NCBI GenBank assembly: GCA_043228905.1
Contig: JBHGNT010000001.1
Location: 31,744,001-31,808,000 of the forward strand
Length of the DNA stretch: 64,000 bases
Source of the DNA: Azolla caroliniana
Taxonomy: Eukaryota; Plantae; Polypodiophyta
Reading direction: 5' to 3'
Shown here: positions 48,819-63,100 of the stretch, piece by piece
How the letters are laid out: each line of letters opens with the position of its first letter
Numbering within the stretch: position 1 is the stretch's first letter
Notes under the pieces: generated by a model
Database searches by the model: none
What the model was told of the DNA's origin: nothing
What the model saw: only the letters and a program-made list of their open reading frames with translations
Program-made: the position numbers and the translations under genes

Positions 48819-51800
48819 GGGGGTGGAAAAATGTTTAGCTTAGTGTCCACAATCACATTTTTGAGCATTTACACTCCAAATGTTGCTCTCTTGTTCCATA
48901 TGTGGGCATGAGAATGCTTTAGAAGTCACGTAAAACGAGAAGCAACCTCCCAACACCTGCAACAACCTTTTTTGTTTCCTTACATGTTCTAAATTATGCT
49001 TGCCATCATTGTCAACTAGAATGATTTAAATATATGAGATCGAGGACAAAACCTAGAATGGTTGCCATGAAATCGAGAAATTAAGAGATGATGTTGGCTA
49101 CAAGAGCATGCTTTGATAGCAATTTCAGATCTTCCATAATGAACCTCAGAACTTTACAGAAGCGTGGTTCCGAGTTTTTGCACAATCCATAAAATTAGAT
49201 GTTTTTGTAATAGGCATAATGACTACACCTGAGAAGTAAGGTAACAACCTCGAAGAATGTATTGTGTTAACCTTAAAAATAATGCACAATGACTACATCT
49301 CCATATTGAACTATATGTTTTTATATAGTTTAATAATGCACATGTAACTCAATATTAGAGTGATTCATTTTCTTCAATGCAAAATATTTGACACTAGTTA
49401 CATAACATGTAGATTGAGCTAAATGAGCTACAAACAAAACCTTCGATTAACTTTTCTACGAAAATTGGTCAATGACCAACATCCATATTGAACAAAAGAG
49501 ACAACTCTATGCTAAACAAACTACAAACAAAACCTTATATTAACTTTCTTACATTAGTCAATGACCAATTGCATTTATGCCCAATAGGCAAGTTCCCACA
49601 CAATGACAAATTTTACATTATCTAAGTCATGAAAACACGGTCCAAATTCCTTCAAACTTATAAAGAAAAAGGGAATAGTATCAAAATGTGTGCAGAACAT
49701 AGTTGTACTTGAATTTCGAGTAAATGTATTACTTGAGCCTTGGTGAGATACAAACTAATTTGGTAGGTTAGACATAAAATTTGGGGCCAATATTGGTGGG
49801 TTTTGTTTTCATTGAACCTGATGTGGTAGTCCCTCTTTTTTAGTGGATGAAACTAAACTTGATGACAATCAATGGAATGGGCCAATGAATGAATATGTTG
49901 GGCCTTACAATTTCATTCTTTTTAAAACAAAAATACCAAGAATTTATAAAGACACGTTGATATGGAGGATTAAAATATGTAATTAGGGTTAAAATAACCT
50001 CAAGAGGGGAGGGAGAGGTTATAATGAAACCATATGTAACTGTCGAACTTTTTGAGGTCTAACCTTTTCATTAAGTTTATTACGTCAATTAATGTTTCTA
50101 AATTCTATCCTTGTTTAAGCTTTTATACTTGAAATTTGTTGAGGGTATTATATGTAAGTCATCTTGACATGCATGCGAAATTAACAATTGAATATGTTGT
50201 AAACAAGTATATGGTTTGGCTTGTTGTTTTATATTCAAATAATATCTATGTCAATTTTGTTTCATCTTTGAATGATCATGAGAGGAATACCTTTCAAATA
50301 TGATATGAAATCACGGATTCGATAATAGTAGGTTTTACTATTTGGTGATACTTGGCACAAAGCCATTGTCAATGGTAGCTACAAGTAGGGCTCTCACTAG
50401 TGTTGGAGTTACGAGATCAATTCCACACACATCTACATTAATATAAGTCTCTCTTTGGCAAACACATAAAACAAGAAGGATCAAAACAAGCCCCCACCTA
50501 CCATCAAAGTGTTCCTTCCCCACATGTGTTTTTATATTGATTTGTTGATAGGAACATTACGAGACAAGTTGAGCTAAAAATATGTTTTCGTCTTATGGAC
50601 AGATACCAAGCCTTTAAGTTCTAAATTTTAACCAAACTAAAATAGGTCAATCTTATCTTATATCCTTAAGGGTATAATAAGTAGAGGAATCATATAGTCC
50701 ATACAAAACTGGAAAAGAATTCAAGAAATAAATCTAATAGTTTGCCAAATAGTGACCAAGCTATCGGTCATCACTATACATTAGTAATGGTTTGATGGTT
50801 CCTTAAAGATATATCAATTACTCAAAGCTTCCTTGGGCATATATTAAAATTGGCATCCAAAGGAAGTATAGGAAGCCATTAGAAATATCTTATTTTCGTA
50901 ATGCATGTCATATTTGTAGAGAATCCTAAAAAAAGGGGGTTCAAATTTGTATGGCAACAATGTTGCATTGTAACAATCTCATTGGAGTAACCAAAGAAGC
51001 TTGTTACATTTGAAAGCACATATGATACCACTCAACTATGAGAAAGTAATCTCCTAATTTTGTAATGAAATTAGTGCACATGACAACAGTGTGGGAGGTG
51101 AAGAAATACATGGGATCTCTAATATTGCTATCACAAAGTTTATGGAAAAATTTCAATCACTCTCAAAAGCAATACAAATATGTTGAGTTATTAATAATTA
51201 TCATATGAATGAAGATAAAGTGCATCAACAAGGTTGATTTCCATGGTAAATCTGATGTTATTGGTCCATGACAAATCTTTCTAGTTTAGACCCAATGAGT
51301 TGGAATCTCAATTCAGATATATAGGTGCTTGGAACGTATGTATTGCAAATCAAATTATATATACAATGTCTTAGCCTTTCCTTCGAGAATAAAATAAAAA
51401 CGACCCATTTTATCTCTTCACTTAAAAATGGATGACACTACATTAATTCCAAATAACAAGTTATAAAGTGATATCGTATGTAGACAACAAGTTATAATGT
51501 AGATAACAAGCGTGAGTTGCATCCAACTCAGTAGATGCACACATACATATCTTTGTAGAAAAGTGTTTGCGAAATAATATGTGGCATAAGGAGAGGTTCA
51601 TATTACATTCAAAATTCAAAAAGGGAGAACCATATGGTAGAGACTCTCAATTGTTTCAACGTGCAATTCCCTTCCTCCCCCATCAGCCTCTCAAATTTTG
51701 TCATTTTTATTCTCCATGAACACATATTTAACCTTGATAACTAAATTAAAAATCACCTCGCCATCCACATTGAAACCTATATATTCTACAAAATCAAGAT

Positions 51801-52188
51801 AATTTGAACAAAATTTAGTCATCCAACTTGATGAGTGCCCTTGTTTTTTACTTTTTGAAAGGTGATAGCTCACAAACCCTTCACATGTGATGCTCAAAGA
51901 GATTTTTTCTGGTTGGTTTGAAATATGTGGATTCAAAAACCCTTCGCTCACTAGTGAGATGGAGAGTGGATTTCTCCATATTTATACATTAATGCATTGT
52001 ATGTTACCTATCATTTTCAGCTAAAAGCCTAAGATGCATCCATCTATGATTTGTTTTGGACAAAAACGGGTTGTTACAAATGGTACATAAACTACAACTG
52101 GCATGCCTAAAAGTCTAGTATTCATCAAATTACAAGCACTTTTTAGAAACAACAATAAATGCATATGAGACAAAATTTAGGCGATTCT

Positions 52189-54287
52189 ATGTTTTAACTT
52201 CAAACTGTATTATGTAAGCCAATTATACATTGATCCGATACAAAGTCTTTTCAAACAATGAGGTAACAAATCTAGCATTTTTTGTTGACAAACACGAGAA
52301 AAAGTGACTCTATCTTCCGCGCATACATACACATGAATACATATTACAAGATGGCGAACTATTAGAAATTTATTGACTTGACATACCAACATAAAACATT
52401 ATTGCTTAACATGTTTTAACTTCAAACTATATTATGTAAGCCAATTATACATTGATCCGATACAAAGTCTTTTCAAACAATGAGGTAACAAGTCTAGCAT
52501 TTTTTTGTTGACAAACACGAGAAAAAATGGATGTATTTTTCTACCGGTGGCAATTGGAAATATAATATTAGATGGTGGTTTTTGAGAGATTTTAACCATT
52601 CCATTGATATTTTTCGCCACGATAAGTTTTTTAGGGGTATCATGAAGGCATGGTGGGATTTGAAACATAACTTAGTCCAATCTCTACCATCATGTAAGGA
52701 GGAATGGTTGCGTCAACCCCTCATATTGAACCCGCTATTTACATAAGAAGATGGGGTAATGTTAGGGAAGATAACTAGGTTGAATTGGGTTGACTTTGAT
52801 AAAGGTGAAGCTAAGTCTGTTGGGAATTGGCTGACTTTTTCTTCTTCAACGATGGAAAACAAAACCCAAGTTTGTAGTGCAATTTGGGGAGGGAACATTA
52901 TGTATTCAGAAATGGATAGAGTCTTTACAATATCTTCCTTTCAACCTTCTCAAACTAGTCTCTTTTGGTATGGTATGTTTTCATCCCTAGATGTCTTATT
53001 GGGGGTTAGGGGTTATAAAAACTCTCATGAATGCCTTTACTTCGATGTTTTGCCTTCTGGACGACTTCATTCTCTCTTTGTGGAAGACGAAATTGTAACT
53101 CGAGGGAATAGGTTGCCTATTCGTATATTATGGAAGAAAGATAAAAAATGGATATTGACGCCACATCCAAATGATGTTAACAATCTCTCTGATTTATGGG
53201 TCTATGAGACTAAGCCCATTGATCACCTTTTGTGGGATCCTGGTGAGTGGAAATGGCAAATCAGATTAGCGCAAGGAATGTTAGGTAAGCAAATCCCATT
53301 TTTTCAGTATTCGGTAAAAATGGGTAGAGAAATGCTAAGGAGAGGTGTGATTGTTACACCAACAACCTGTAATTTTTGGAGATTTGGTAATGTAACAGAT
53401 TCTTGGTTGAATGCTTATTGGAAATGGTTATGGGCCATGCAAATTCCTAAAAAGGTTGTGTTATTTAGATGGTTGTTGACACATTATGGCATTCCTGTGA
53501 AGTCATGGACGCGGGGACATTGTCAGGATTTAAAATGTGACAGTTGTGGTTCTCCCATTGAATCGGTTTACCATGTTTTATGGATATGTCCTATTGCTAG
53601 AGCAATTTGGAAAATAATGTTGAGAATGTTATATCCTATTTATGGTAGGCCGGTGTACACATGGGGTTTTGTGAGATAGGGAAGATTGGCTAAAGAAATT
53701 CAAAACTATGAAAAGGAGTATGGTGATTTCCTTCTCCTCTCGATGGAAGACATGTATTGGAGGTCTCTGGTATTACATCAGTCTGTTGTTTGGAAGAGGA
53801 TATGGTCTGGTCTACGATATCTTCTCTAGTCATTTGGGTATTGTGGAAAGCTAGATGTAAATGTGTATTTCAGAAAGTTAAATAGAATGCAATTGAGTTA
53901 GTCAAAGAGGTATGGTTAATGCTCGTACACACTTTAAGAGGTCAATATGATGCAATAACTGGTGAGCATGAGGTTGTGATTCGGAGACAACAACAGTTTA
54001 GAGAAATTTGGAAAAACGTTGAGGTCTTCGTCTTGGAACAACCTTCATGAGGGCTTTTGATACTCGACATGTTGGTTGATGTGGATATGAGGGTTGTAAT
54101 ATATTGTATGAACTCGTTGTAGCCTTTCAGCATCTTCCCATTAATACCAAGGTGAACCTTCTTTTAAATATAAATAAAAATAAAAATGGTTGTATTTTCC
54201 GTGCATACATACACATGAATACATATTACAAGATGGCAAACTATTAGAAATCTATTGACATACCAACATAAAACATTATTGCTTAAC
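52189..54287. repeat. ~222-bp tandem duplication whose second copy is split by the LINE insertion
   Basis: Copy 1 is 52189-52410. Copy 2 is 52411-52539 plus 54199-54287, resuming ccg.gcatacatacacatgaatacatattacaagatggc...aacataaaacattattgcttaac. Confidence 0.9.
52540..54181 (+). mobile_element. 5'-truncated L1-type LINE (ORF2 C-terminus with zf-RVT), with A-rich tail and 17-bp target-site duplication
   Basis: ORF 52759-53679 contains WKWLWAMQIPKKVVLFRWLL...CDSCGSPIESVYHVLWICPIARAIW (zf-RVT). Tail aaatataaataaaaat. TSD aaaaatggatgtatttt (52523-52539) and aaaaatggttgtatttt (54182-54198). Confidence 0.9.
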
Positions 54288-56172
54288 CTGAAATGTGCAA
54301 AACTATGAAGTTAAGGCATGCATAACCAAAAAAAAAAACAAATTGCCTATCCTTGTTGAGACAACAAATGTCAACAAGGAAAGATTGTATTTACATGATC
54401 ATTGTTACATTTTGCACCTCATATGAGGCACACTCGATGCCACAATCACAACCTTAACTATACGCTTATGGAATGAGTGTACCCAATCTAGGCCTAGGTA
54501 CGTGTATAGTTATGGGACAAGCTTGTGGTTGGGGAGTGGAAGGTGCACCATACAAGACAGGGTTGAGTCCCCACTAAAGTGGAGGGGCTCTACCTATACA
54601 CCTTTGGTCTATGTACCAAGTTCCAATGGGCACCACACCGTGACTGTTAATAAGTTATGAGAGTATGACATTTGTAAACTATTGGAATCCATCTTCATGT
54701 GCAAAACAATGTTCTACGTTTGAATAGTGGATTTTCAAAGAATCCCTTAGGTTCATAAATATTTCCCATGGTTTGTCATTAGTGACAATTACTGGTGTAA
54801 CAATAGACAACATGAAGAATGAATATGCATGCACAAGATAATTTCTTAGCCTTCCATTTTCCCAAAACATCTTGTAAAAAATCAAGGGGGTTAATTTCTA
54901 TATTTACATTTGGGTTATATGTCATATAAGGCGTGGATAGTTTGACTTAGTTTGAATATGAGGATTCTAATAGCAAAAAGAAAGAGAAATATGAATCTCA
55001 ACCTAAGTATTTTATATCCTCAACTATCATATATATGGTGGCTTTGTATGCCTTTTTTTGTTTCATTTACTTGTATGACGAGTTAGGATGGAAGACTTGT
55101 GATGTTTTTCTTTCTTCATTTAGTTGTAATGGGCCCCCTTCTCAATGGATGTAGTACACATGTGGATTATCTACAAGCATTTTGTTGCTTTGTTTTTATC
55201 AATATACTACATTGTGCACATGTGGAACATTTAAGATGTATGAATGCAACTCAATGTTTCTTTTGATTGAGAATAAACAAATACTTGTTAAATTCATGAA
55301 ATATTCATCACATTATGCTTTTACTCCATTGTCCACCCATCTATGCATGTACCAAACACATCCTCAATTGTATGTGTAGCATCAATGTTCTACATAATTG
55401 CTTGGCCTATCATAGTTGATGTTGTAACATGACACTATTTTCCTTTTAGCATAGCTCTTTCAACGGGAGATTTAAGTGGTAAGAGAATGACACTCAAGCT
55501 TCAATTAACTAAACATTCCATACACAATCAAGATAAGAAGTGGCATTACTCACCTTGAGAAATGTTTTTTAACACTTTCTAGGAGAGACTTATTAATAAA
55601 GTGGCAAAGGAATGTCATTCAAGCTTCAATGACTGAGCATTCAACCCCACAATAAGAAAAGAAGAGGCATCATTTGCCTCCAAAAATGTCTTTAAAAGTT
55701 TTTGCTTCCTAAAACACAAGACTTAACATCAATCACTACTATTATGTGCACTTCAAGTTACACAAAGATATTCTTTCTTGGGGTGAGGTTTGAGACACAC
55801 GAGGTAAAGAAGTATCCACGATACTATTATGAAGATAGAATAGCCTTCTTGATGCAACAATCTAGTCATGAATTCATGCATGTGAAGATTTGGTTTTGGC
55901 TTATTGGGAGCAAGTTAGTAAAAGATGAGCTCTTGATCTCTAGTTACAATGACTGATCACTTTGGCAATACCCTGACCCTATACCAACGGTACAATATCA
56001 TCCATCAAGTATTAATGTTGGTCTTATGATTTGACCTTCTACACATCCAAACTTCACCGTCGACTAAAAATGATGCCACTTTCATTGCAATACCTTTGAA
56101 AGGATGTCGAAACAGTTATTTCAAATTTTTGGGACAAAAAAATTTGAATACTTCATGAGAATATCGCAAAAC

Positions 56173-57119
56173 TCAAATGAAGTTCATATCATGTTCATCA
56201 TTCATATCATCATTTCCTGGTTGGAAAGTACTGGGGACCTTATCTATACTATTTGAACTATGGATATGTCTACCAATCCGAGTCCTCTCTACGACTTTCT
56301 TAACTACCCATGAGCCACTCAAGATTCTTTTACGTTCATCTTTTAATGGTCGATTCATTGAGAACATCTTTGACTTGATATGCGATTTCACTCTTGCTCG
56401 GAGCCTGCCGAGGTGATGATCACATAATAAATAGCCGATCTTTGCTCTAAGAGGGCAATGCCATCCTTTACCATCCGATCTATTACAACGGTTTCCAAGT
56501 CCTGTCAAATCTTGTTTGACGAACTTCAACCGCTTTATTTGAGATAAACCATTGGTACCTTGTTGAGGATTGGGAATTTCAGTTGGTTTATTTAGAGTGT
56601 ATGGACTGATAGAAGGTGGTTTCCGACAAGTCTTCCCTGTCCTTGCTCTTCGTATAGCTGCCCAATACTGCGAGAGACCATTATGTTTTGCAACCTTCAA
56701 GTTGTCCGAAGAATTGGTTTGGTTTTGTTTAGTTTTCTCTTCAAATGAGGATATGCCCTGTTTCTGGCCACTCAAAAGATTCTCATCATCTCCCACTAAT
56801 GCACTGCAAAGAATATATTTCGACTCTTCGAGTGGCATGAAGTAGGGTGAATTTGAAACTATTTTTAATACCTCAACTCTTGGTACAACACCACCCTCAT
56901 GTAGACCAGGAAGTCCTTGTTCGAGAATCCTCGATACTGCTTCTCTTGCAGTGAGACCAGCTTTTCCAGCTTGCATAAATACTTGGTAGATAGAATGTGA
57001 AAGTCCTTCTTTAGGTAGGTTAGCTGGGTGATCAGATGCCAAGGTAGTCTTATCATTGTCTTCTGAAGATCCATCTTTGGTAGTGATGCCTTCTGAAATC
57101 TCTTGCAAAGCTCCATCTG
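56173..57119 (-). CDS. Terminal exon encoding a HARE-HTH-like winged helix and a WRC (C-X9-C-X10-C-X2-H) zinc finger; probably the last exon of the gene starting at 63115
   Basis: GLSHSIYQVFMQAGKAGLTAREAVSRILEQGLPGL..PRVEVLKIVSNSPYFMPLEESKYIL resembles the HB1/ASXL HARE-HTH. RCNRSDGKGWHCPLRAKIGYLLCDHHL has exact WRC spacing. There is no in-frame ATG at the 5' end, but a TAGCAG tandem acceptor at 57122-57117 (phase 1). Confidence 0.8.
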
Positions 57120-60100
57120 CTAAAATGCCAAAACATGAACATCAAGGTAAGTTAGGATTCAAAACAGGTATATTGAAGCAAGAGATGGATCAAACTAAAT
57201 TCCAAGCCTGAATATTTATATATAGGCTTTTTGAGTGAAGCAATATATGTGGCATCAACAGCAGATGCAAAATAGAGAAAAAAAAAATCAAAAACTTACA
57301 GAAATGTATATTGGAAATGTTGGAACGCTTCTGTTGCATTTATACACACTAACAGAGATGCATAATTCTTGTAAGTTATTTAAAATATAAATTTTGATGA
57401 TTTGTTATGGAGCACCCCAAGTGTATTAAATAATCTGCTAATAGAGAAACATTATATACGTTTATAGAATAATCAAGTTGTTTTGATTATTAACAAGGTT
57501 AGCTGTTTCAGATTCTAGATAGAACCATCTGTTCTTTTGGATAAAAAAATATAGATTGTGTATTTACCTCAAAACAGGCATTTTATGTACCTCTTTTATC
57601 TGATGGTTCATATTGACCTTTCATGTCGAAAATGACATTTACTAATATTTTAAAAACTGAATGAACATTTCCAAAATGATTAATGCAGACTTTGCGTTTT
57701 GTTAGCAAACGAGTTAGCAGTTGAAGCCACATTTGATGTGTTGTACATGGAAACAAATACTTATTTTCACATAGCCTTGTGTTAATAGTTTTGACACCCC
57801 GATGATCCTCAAAAGTTTCAATGACACAATTTATTCTATGTTTGGAGTATTCCTGCAGTGCACAGAGCATACTTCAGTACAATAGGAGAATACATAATCT
57901 CTTGCCTCACAACCTCACCAGGCGGGGTGTTCTCTCCCAATCAACATGGATGTAGATGTTCCACTTGAATTCATCAAAGACCGAAAGCAACATCTATGGA
58001 TGGTCCATGCAACTTGAATGCATGAGAGGTTTTGCAAGATTATAAGTATCCACCATGAGGCCCATACAAAACTTTACTCAGACGCAATGACCAGTTTGCA
58101 TGACAAAGTACTATAATTACCCCCTAAATCCTAACAATGGTTTGGAGGAAATTGATCTATATCTACGCCTAAATTTCTCTGCCATGCCCATGAAAATATG
58201 CCAATATAGGTTTCTCAAGTCATTATTGGTGGTGAAACATTATGCAATATGCAATAAGGAAGAAACAAATTTCAAGATTTTCAAGTGAAATAAGCACATT
58301 ACATGTTAATGAGACTACTTCCAAGAAATCACTAAAATGGCTTGTAAGAATCATTACCATAGAAAACATTGCCAGTCTATTTTATGCTAATAAATTTCAT
58401 TTACCTTCAACCAAAGTGTTACTCCTTCGCTTTCTGCGAGACCTACACCACCAAAAACCATTGCTTCAGATTTTGTGACCCCAAAAAGTCATCCTCTCCT
58501 TGATAACCGAGTTGTTTACAGTTAATAATGGTTCACAAACCTTAACTGTGTTTGTGGTGCAGTACTCCAAGTCCTATTATCTATCTCAGATTTCCCATCA
58601 TCCTTGTCCTGCAATTACCCCCATGAATCTAAATTGCTCAATACCATAAACTCAAATCACTTCAGAGAGGGATGGGCCTTCCCTGAAGAAGGATTCTTTA
58701 TATATCATTTTGAAAATGAAAACCAGTTGAGGAACTTTCTTAGTATTTCACCTAAAATAATTTAAAAGTGATAGACTTTTACATGTTCATTACTCATAGC
58801 CTTCAACAAAAGATGATGAACCCCACAAATTGCAAATCCTTGGCATTACTTCAATACTAATAAATTGTTTGATCCAGTGTTATTAAAAACAATGTATTCT
58901 AAAATACCAAAAAGGGTAGGAGCAAAGAGAATAAATAAAATAAGGGAATGAATAAACAAACACAAAGAGAAGCAGAAAGAAAATAAACAAGCAAGTAAAA
59001 GACATCATCATGCTGCATAGCAATCATCTTCAATGATGTGTATGCTCTCTTGCCAAGAAAACATGTTTATGCACTTCACTCCACTAGTATTTGCCATATT
59101 TCTATAGTAATTTTTCTTACATTTTCCATCATTCAGCTATCTTTATAGCTAGCAGACCTGACGTAACAAAATATGATGTTATGAAACTATAGTGTCAACC
59201 ACATTAGTTTAACTCATGAATCAAAACGATTAACAGAGAAGGTAACTCCTAATAATATAGTATCATGCATATGCATACATGTAGGTTTTAGTATCACAAG
59301 AAAGGTATCATGGTTTCGCAACATTCATAGTTTCCTTTTGGAGCTCCCTTTTGTTTGAGGTTTCTTGAAAGAATTCATACGATGTTATATAAATACCTAT
59401 GGAATTGGAATCAACCATAGATTTAGAAAATGAAGAATAAATAACCTTAGATTTTAAAATCATACACAATCATCTCATGGGTGAAACTAGACAATCTAGC
59501 CAGTCACAAGAATAATTGGAATCTTATAAGTCAAGACCTTCTGGCTAACTAGATTGTCTAGTTTTGAAGGCCAAATTGTATAAACTTTAAATCTCCGTAC
59601 CTTCACAAAGTAAAACATGTCAATGAATGTAAATACAAGTCAAAATTTCCTTTCAGTAAAAATATTTATTCTTTCGTTTTGGGAGCAAGACATTCTTTGA
59701 ATGCCTATACATTTGGAGAGAAAATCACTTTATAACTATACACTATAACCTAATAGTGCAAGCAACAATGCAAGAGAAGAAACCTACAAGGAAAATAATT
59801 GGAGACAATTGTGTTTTTACATTTTTTGAATTTTTTCTCTTCCAATTATTTGTCATGTTTCAGGCCTTGTTATGCCTATAGCTGAAACATCATTTCAGAT
59901 GTTTACGGCAAATAAAGCTAAAGCACTAACATTGTTAATTAATTGTGGACTAGAATATAAAAAGATCGAATAGTGTAAATGCCAAAAAGTTAAAGCTTGC
60001 AATATCAATCATGCTCTCGTTCCCTATGAACACAATTTAATGTTTGCCAAATTTGGGCCTCTCTTCTAAACACTGACCAAAATATTTACTTAGCTCGAGT

Positions 60101-63100
60101 TTACAGTCATGTGTGGAATAAATCAACAATCCCAATCCTAATCATGAAGTTACATGCATGTAGTAATGGTCCAGTAATTCGCTATATAAAGAAGAAAAAT
60201 GTGAACATCAATAGACAAAAGATACTGAGCAGTTTTTGTTTGATCCATGTTGACCCCCGGGCTTGTCCCAAGCATGCATAGCATTCGTACAAACTTAGTC
60301 ATGCTCTTAAAGTATCCTAGGATCAACAAATGCCTTTAAATAATTACAATAAATTAAATCTTCATGTAAATTTATAATTCTTCAAGTGTCCACATGTCAT
60401 ATATTTGCAAGGTACAAAATACTTAAAAATGTTTATCGCATTTTTATTTGAAAGAAAAATATATATAATAGAAAACGGTAACTTTCGAGTTCAGACTACA
60501 CTTAACAACAGCTTCTATTAGCTTCGTACATAATTTCTTGCTGAAATAAGGAAATTGGAAGCAAAAAGTGTTACTATGTTTCCTTGATGATAAGCTCATG
60601 GCCCAACATACCAGTAAGTTCCTGACCAAAGATGAAATTCTAATAATCCCAAATAGCTTTTCAGCCATGGTTATACTTGTTTCTAACTTATTTACCCCAT
60701 AACTGTGTAGTAGATAAATTTCTAGTCATCCCAAGTAGCTTTTCAACCATGGTTTATGCAGCATTGTGGCTAGAATTTCATGAAAACAGAACTGCAGCAT
60801 TGCTACAAATGGAAACTATCCTGAAGTTAAGACTGACGCAAGCTTGCAACCTCATACGTAAATGGAACATTCTTGTTGACATTGACCCTTATGCAATTTT
60901 GAAACTTTCGTTTCTTCCAACGATCGTTATGTGAATGAGGCACTCTTGCTTACACTGATCCAAATGAGCACTCCAGATCTCATGGACTAACAGTAGCCAG
61001 GCACTGAGGTTTACAACCATCTGCATCTCACTGCAGCCAAAGCCAGCCCTGACAACACAGGGCATTGCCTGAACTTGAAGTCTCACCTGATGATACATTT
61101 CAGATACCTCAAAACCACAAAGTTCAAAAAAATGGTTGTTATCGATGTCTAGGATGTGATCCATGACACTTGCAATCTAAGGGGGCGATCTTTGTTTTAG
61201 GTGACAATTCCCTTGTCTTAGGTGTGTAGAAGATCCAACCCACAACATCTGAAACCTTAGAACCTACCTTATTTCCTCCTTCCAATGAAAACAAATTCAC
61301 TCTATAGATTAGGGGCAGTGAAACATGAGATAGAAATTTGGAATTCATTGCCTCTGAATGGTTCATCGCAAACGTGACAAAAGACATACTCTGGTAGAAT
61401 CAAACCTTTGCAGATTCCATTTAATATAAATACAATATAATGACTACTGAGCACAGTTTTTCATCTCATGACTGAATAGTTCAAACAGAAATCTGACTAC
61501 TTCAAAAGTTGATAAAATTTGGAATTCATTGCCTCTGGACACTCATTCATTGCATGCGTGACAATACACATCCTCTAATAGAACCAAACCTTTGAAGGTT
61601 CCAACTGATATAAATATAATACGATGATTAATGAGCATAATTTTTCATCTCAGGAATGGATAGTTCAAACAGAAATCTAACTACTTCAAGAGTTGAAGAA
61701 ACATAGCATACCTGCTCTTTGGATGAAGTGTCTAATATCCACTCCATTTGTGCTTTATTAAGACTTCTGGGATTACTAAAATGTGTTTTTTGCTTCCTTT
61801 TCTTCTTCTTTTGCACCATCATTGAGCAATCCAAAATACCTCTGTTGTAACTGAGTCGCTTATCTTTAATCTTCCAACTATTTCCATTCCTTGTGAGTAA
61901 TTTCTCTACCTTCCACCCACCCAAACTAGTATCAATGACAAATATCTCGTTTCCCAAGCTTACACCACTCTGCCCATCACCCCTAGCATTATCAGCATCA
62001 GCATCAGCATCAACACCATCATTCTTACATATATTGGCATCACTGGGGTCATGGTTTGGTGACTTCGGAATTATCATTCTCCCCTGATATAAAAGGGCAT
62101 TTTGATGGAACGATGTATCCTGCGAAACTGGTAGTATATCAACATTGGCGCTTTCATCACAGCACAATATATGGAGAGGGCCCTCTTTATATGAGCCAAT
62201 CTCTTCACATTCAACTAAACCATTTGCAGAGAAGTTTTTGGGATTCTCCTGCTTGCGATGATGACGATGGCAATGTGGATGAGCAGCATTCCTATGCAAT
62301 TTACCTTTTTCAGAGCTAGTACAAGGCTCTATACAAAACAGCTCTGCAAACATAGTAGAATAAAACTGAATGGCTGCAGTATTTTCATGGTCATTATCAT
62401 CCTCTTTATTACGAGATAAATCCTGATAACACCCATTCCTTGAGCTTCCAGTTAGTTCTTCTACTTCACGATACCTTATATTTTCAGAATTAGATGCAGT
62501 ATTGATTGTGATATCGACACCTTGATTAGGTTTCACGCATGACAGCAATTGTTGTTCTGCATTGTCATTAATTATGATTCTGTTCCCGTAAATTGCAGGA
62601 ACTGTTCTGTTCCTTCCAGCATCGATATTATTACCCCTGTTTTCACCCTGTTTTTCCTCTTTCTCTTTCTCTTTCTCTTTCTCTTTCTCTTTTTCTCTCT
62701 CTTTCTCTTCCTCTTCTTTCTCTTCTTCTTCCTCGGGTTGATTGCACCCTAAGAACCTCTCGATCCCAAGTTCTGGTTGATCTACAAGAACACTAGGAAA
62801 ACCTTTTGCCGTGCGAAGCTTGTTAAGCCAGTTCACACCATACCCTGTTTCGCCCTTCTTTGAAGACGAAGAAGAAGAAGAAGAAAGAGTACTAGTATTG
62901 TTGCTGTATATCAATGTGTCAAGGTCTCCGTTAGCGCCTCCGAGATATACGTTTTGACTGTTCCTGCTCTGTTTCTGCCTTGGAACGAATAATTTGCTCT
63001 CCGAGTTTACTGCAGTGACTCTTAATATATCTGAGCTTCTTCCATTGATGTTGTTAATGTTGGTATTGATATTATTAATATCGAGCTGTGTCGGAGGTTG

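Noticed and set aside
50700-51200. Possible LINE ORF1 zinc-knuckle remnant (NACHICRE)
   Set aside because: A single short motif in heavily degraded sequence; too weak to call.
54520-54580. tRNA or tRNA-derived SINE (B-box-like gggttgagtcccc)
   Set aside because: No cloverleaf, a weak A-box, and no tail or TSD identified.
60889-61164. 91-aa ORF in intron 1 of the last gene, as an extra exon or nested gene
   Set aside because: No recognisable motif and no convincing donor that keeps the frame.
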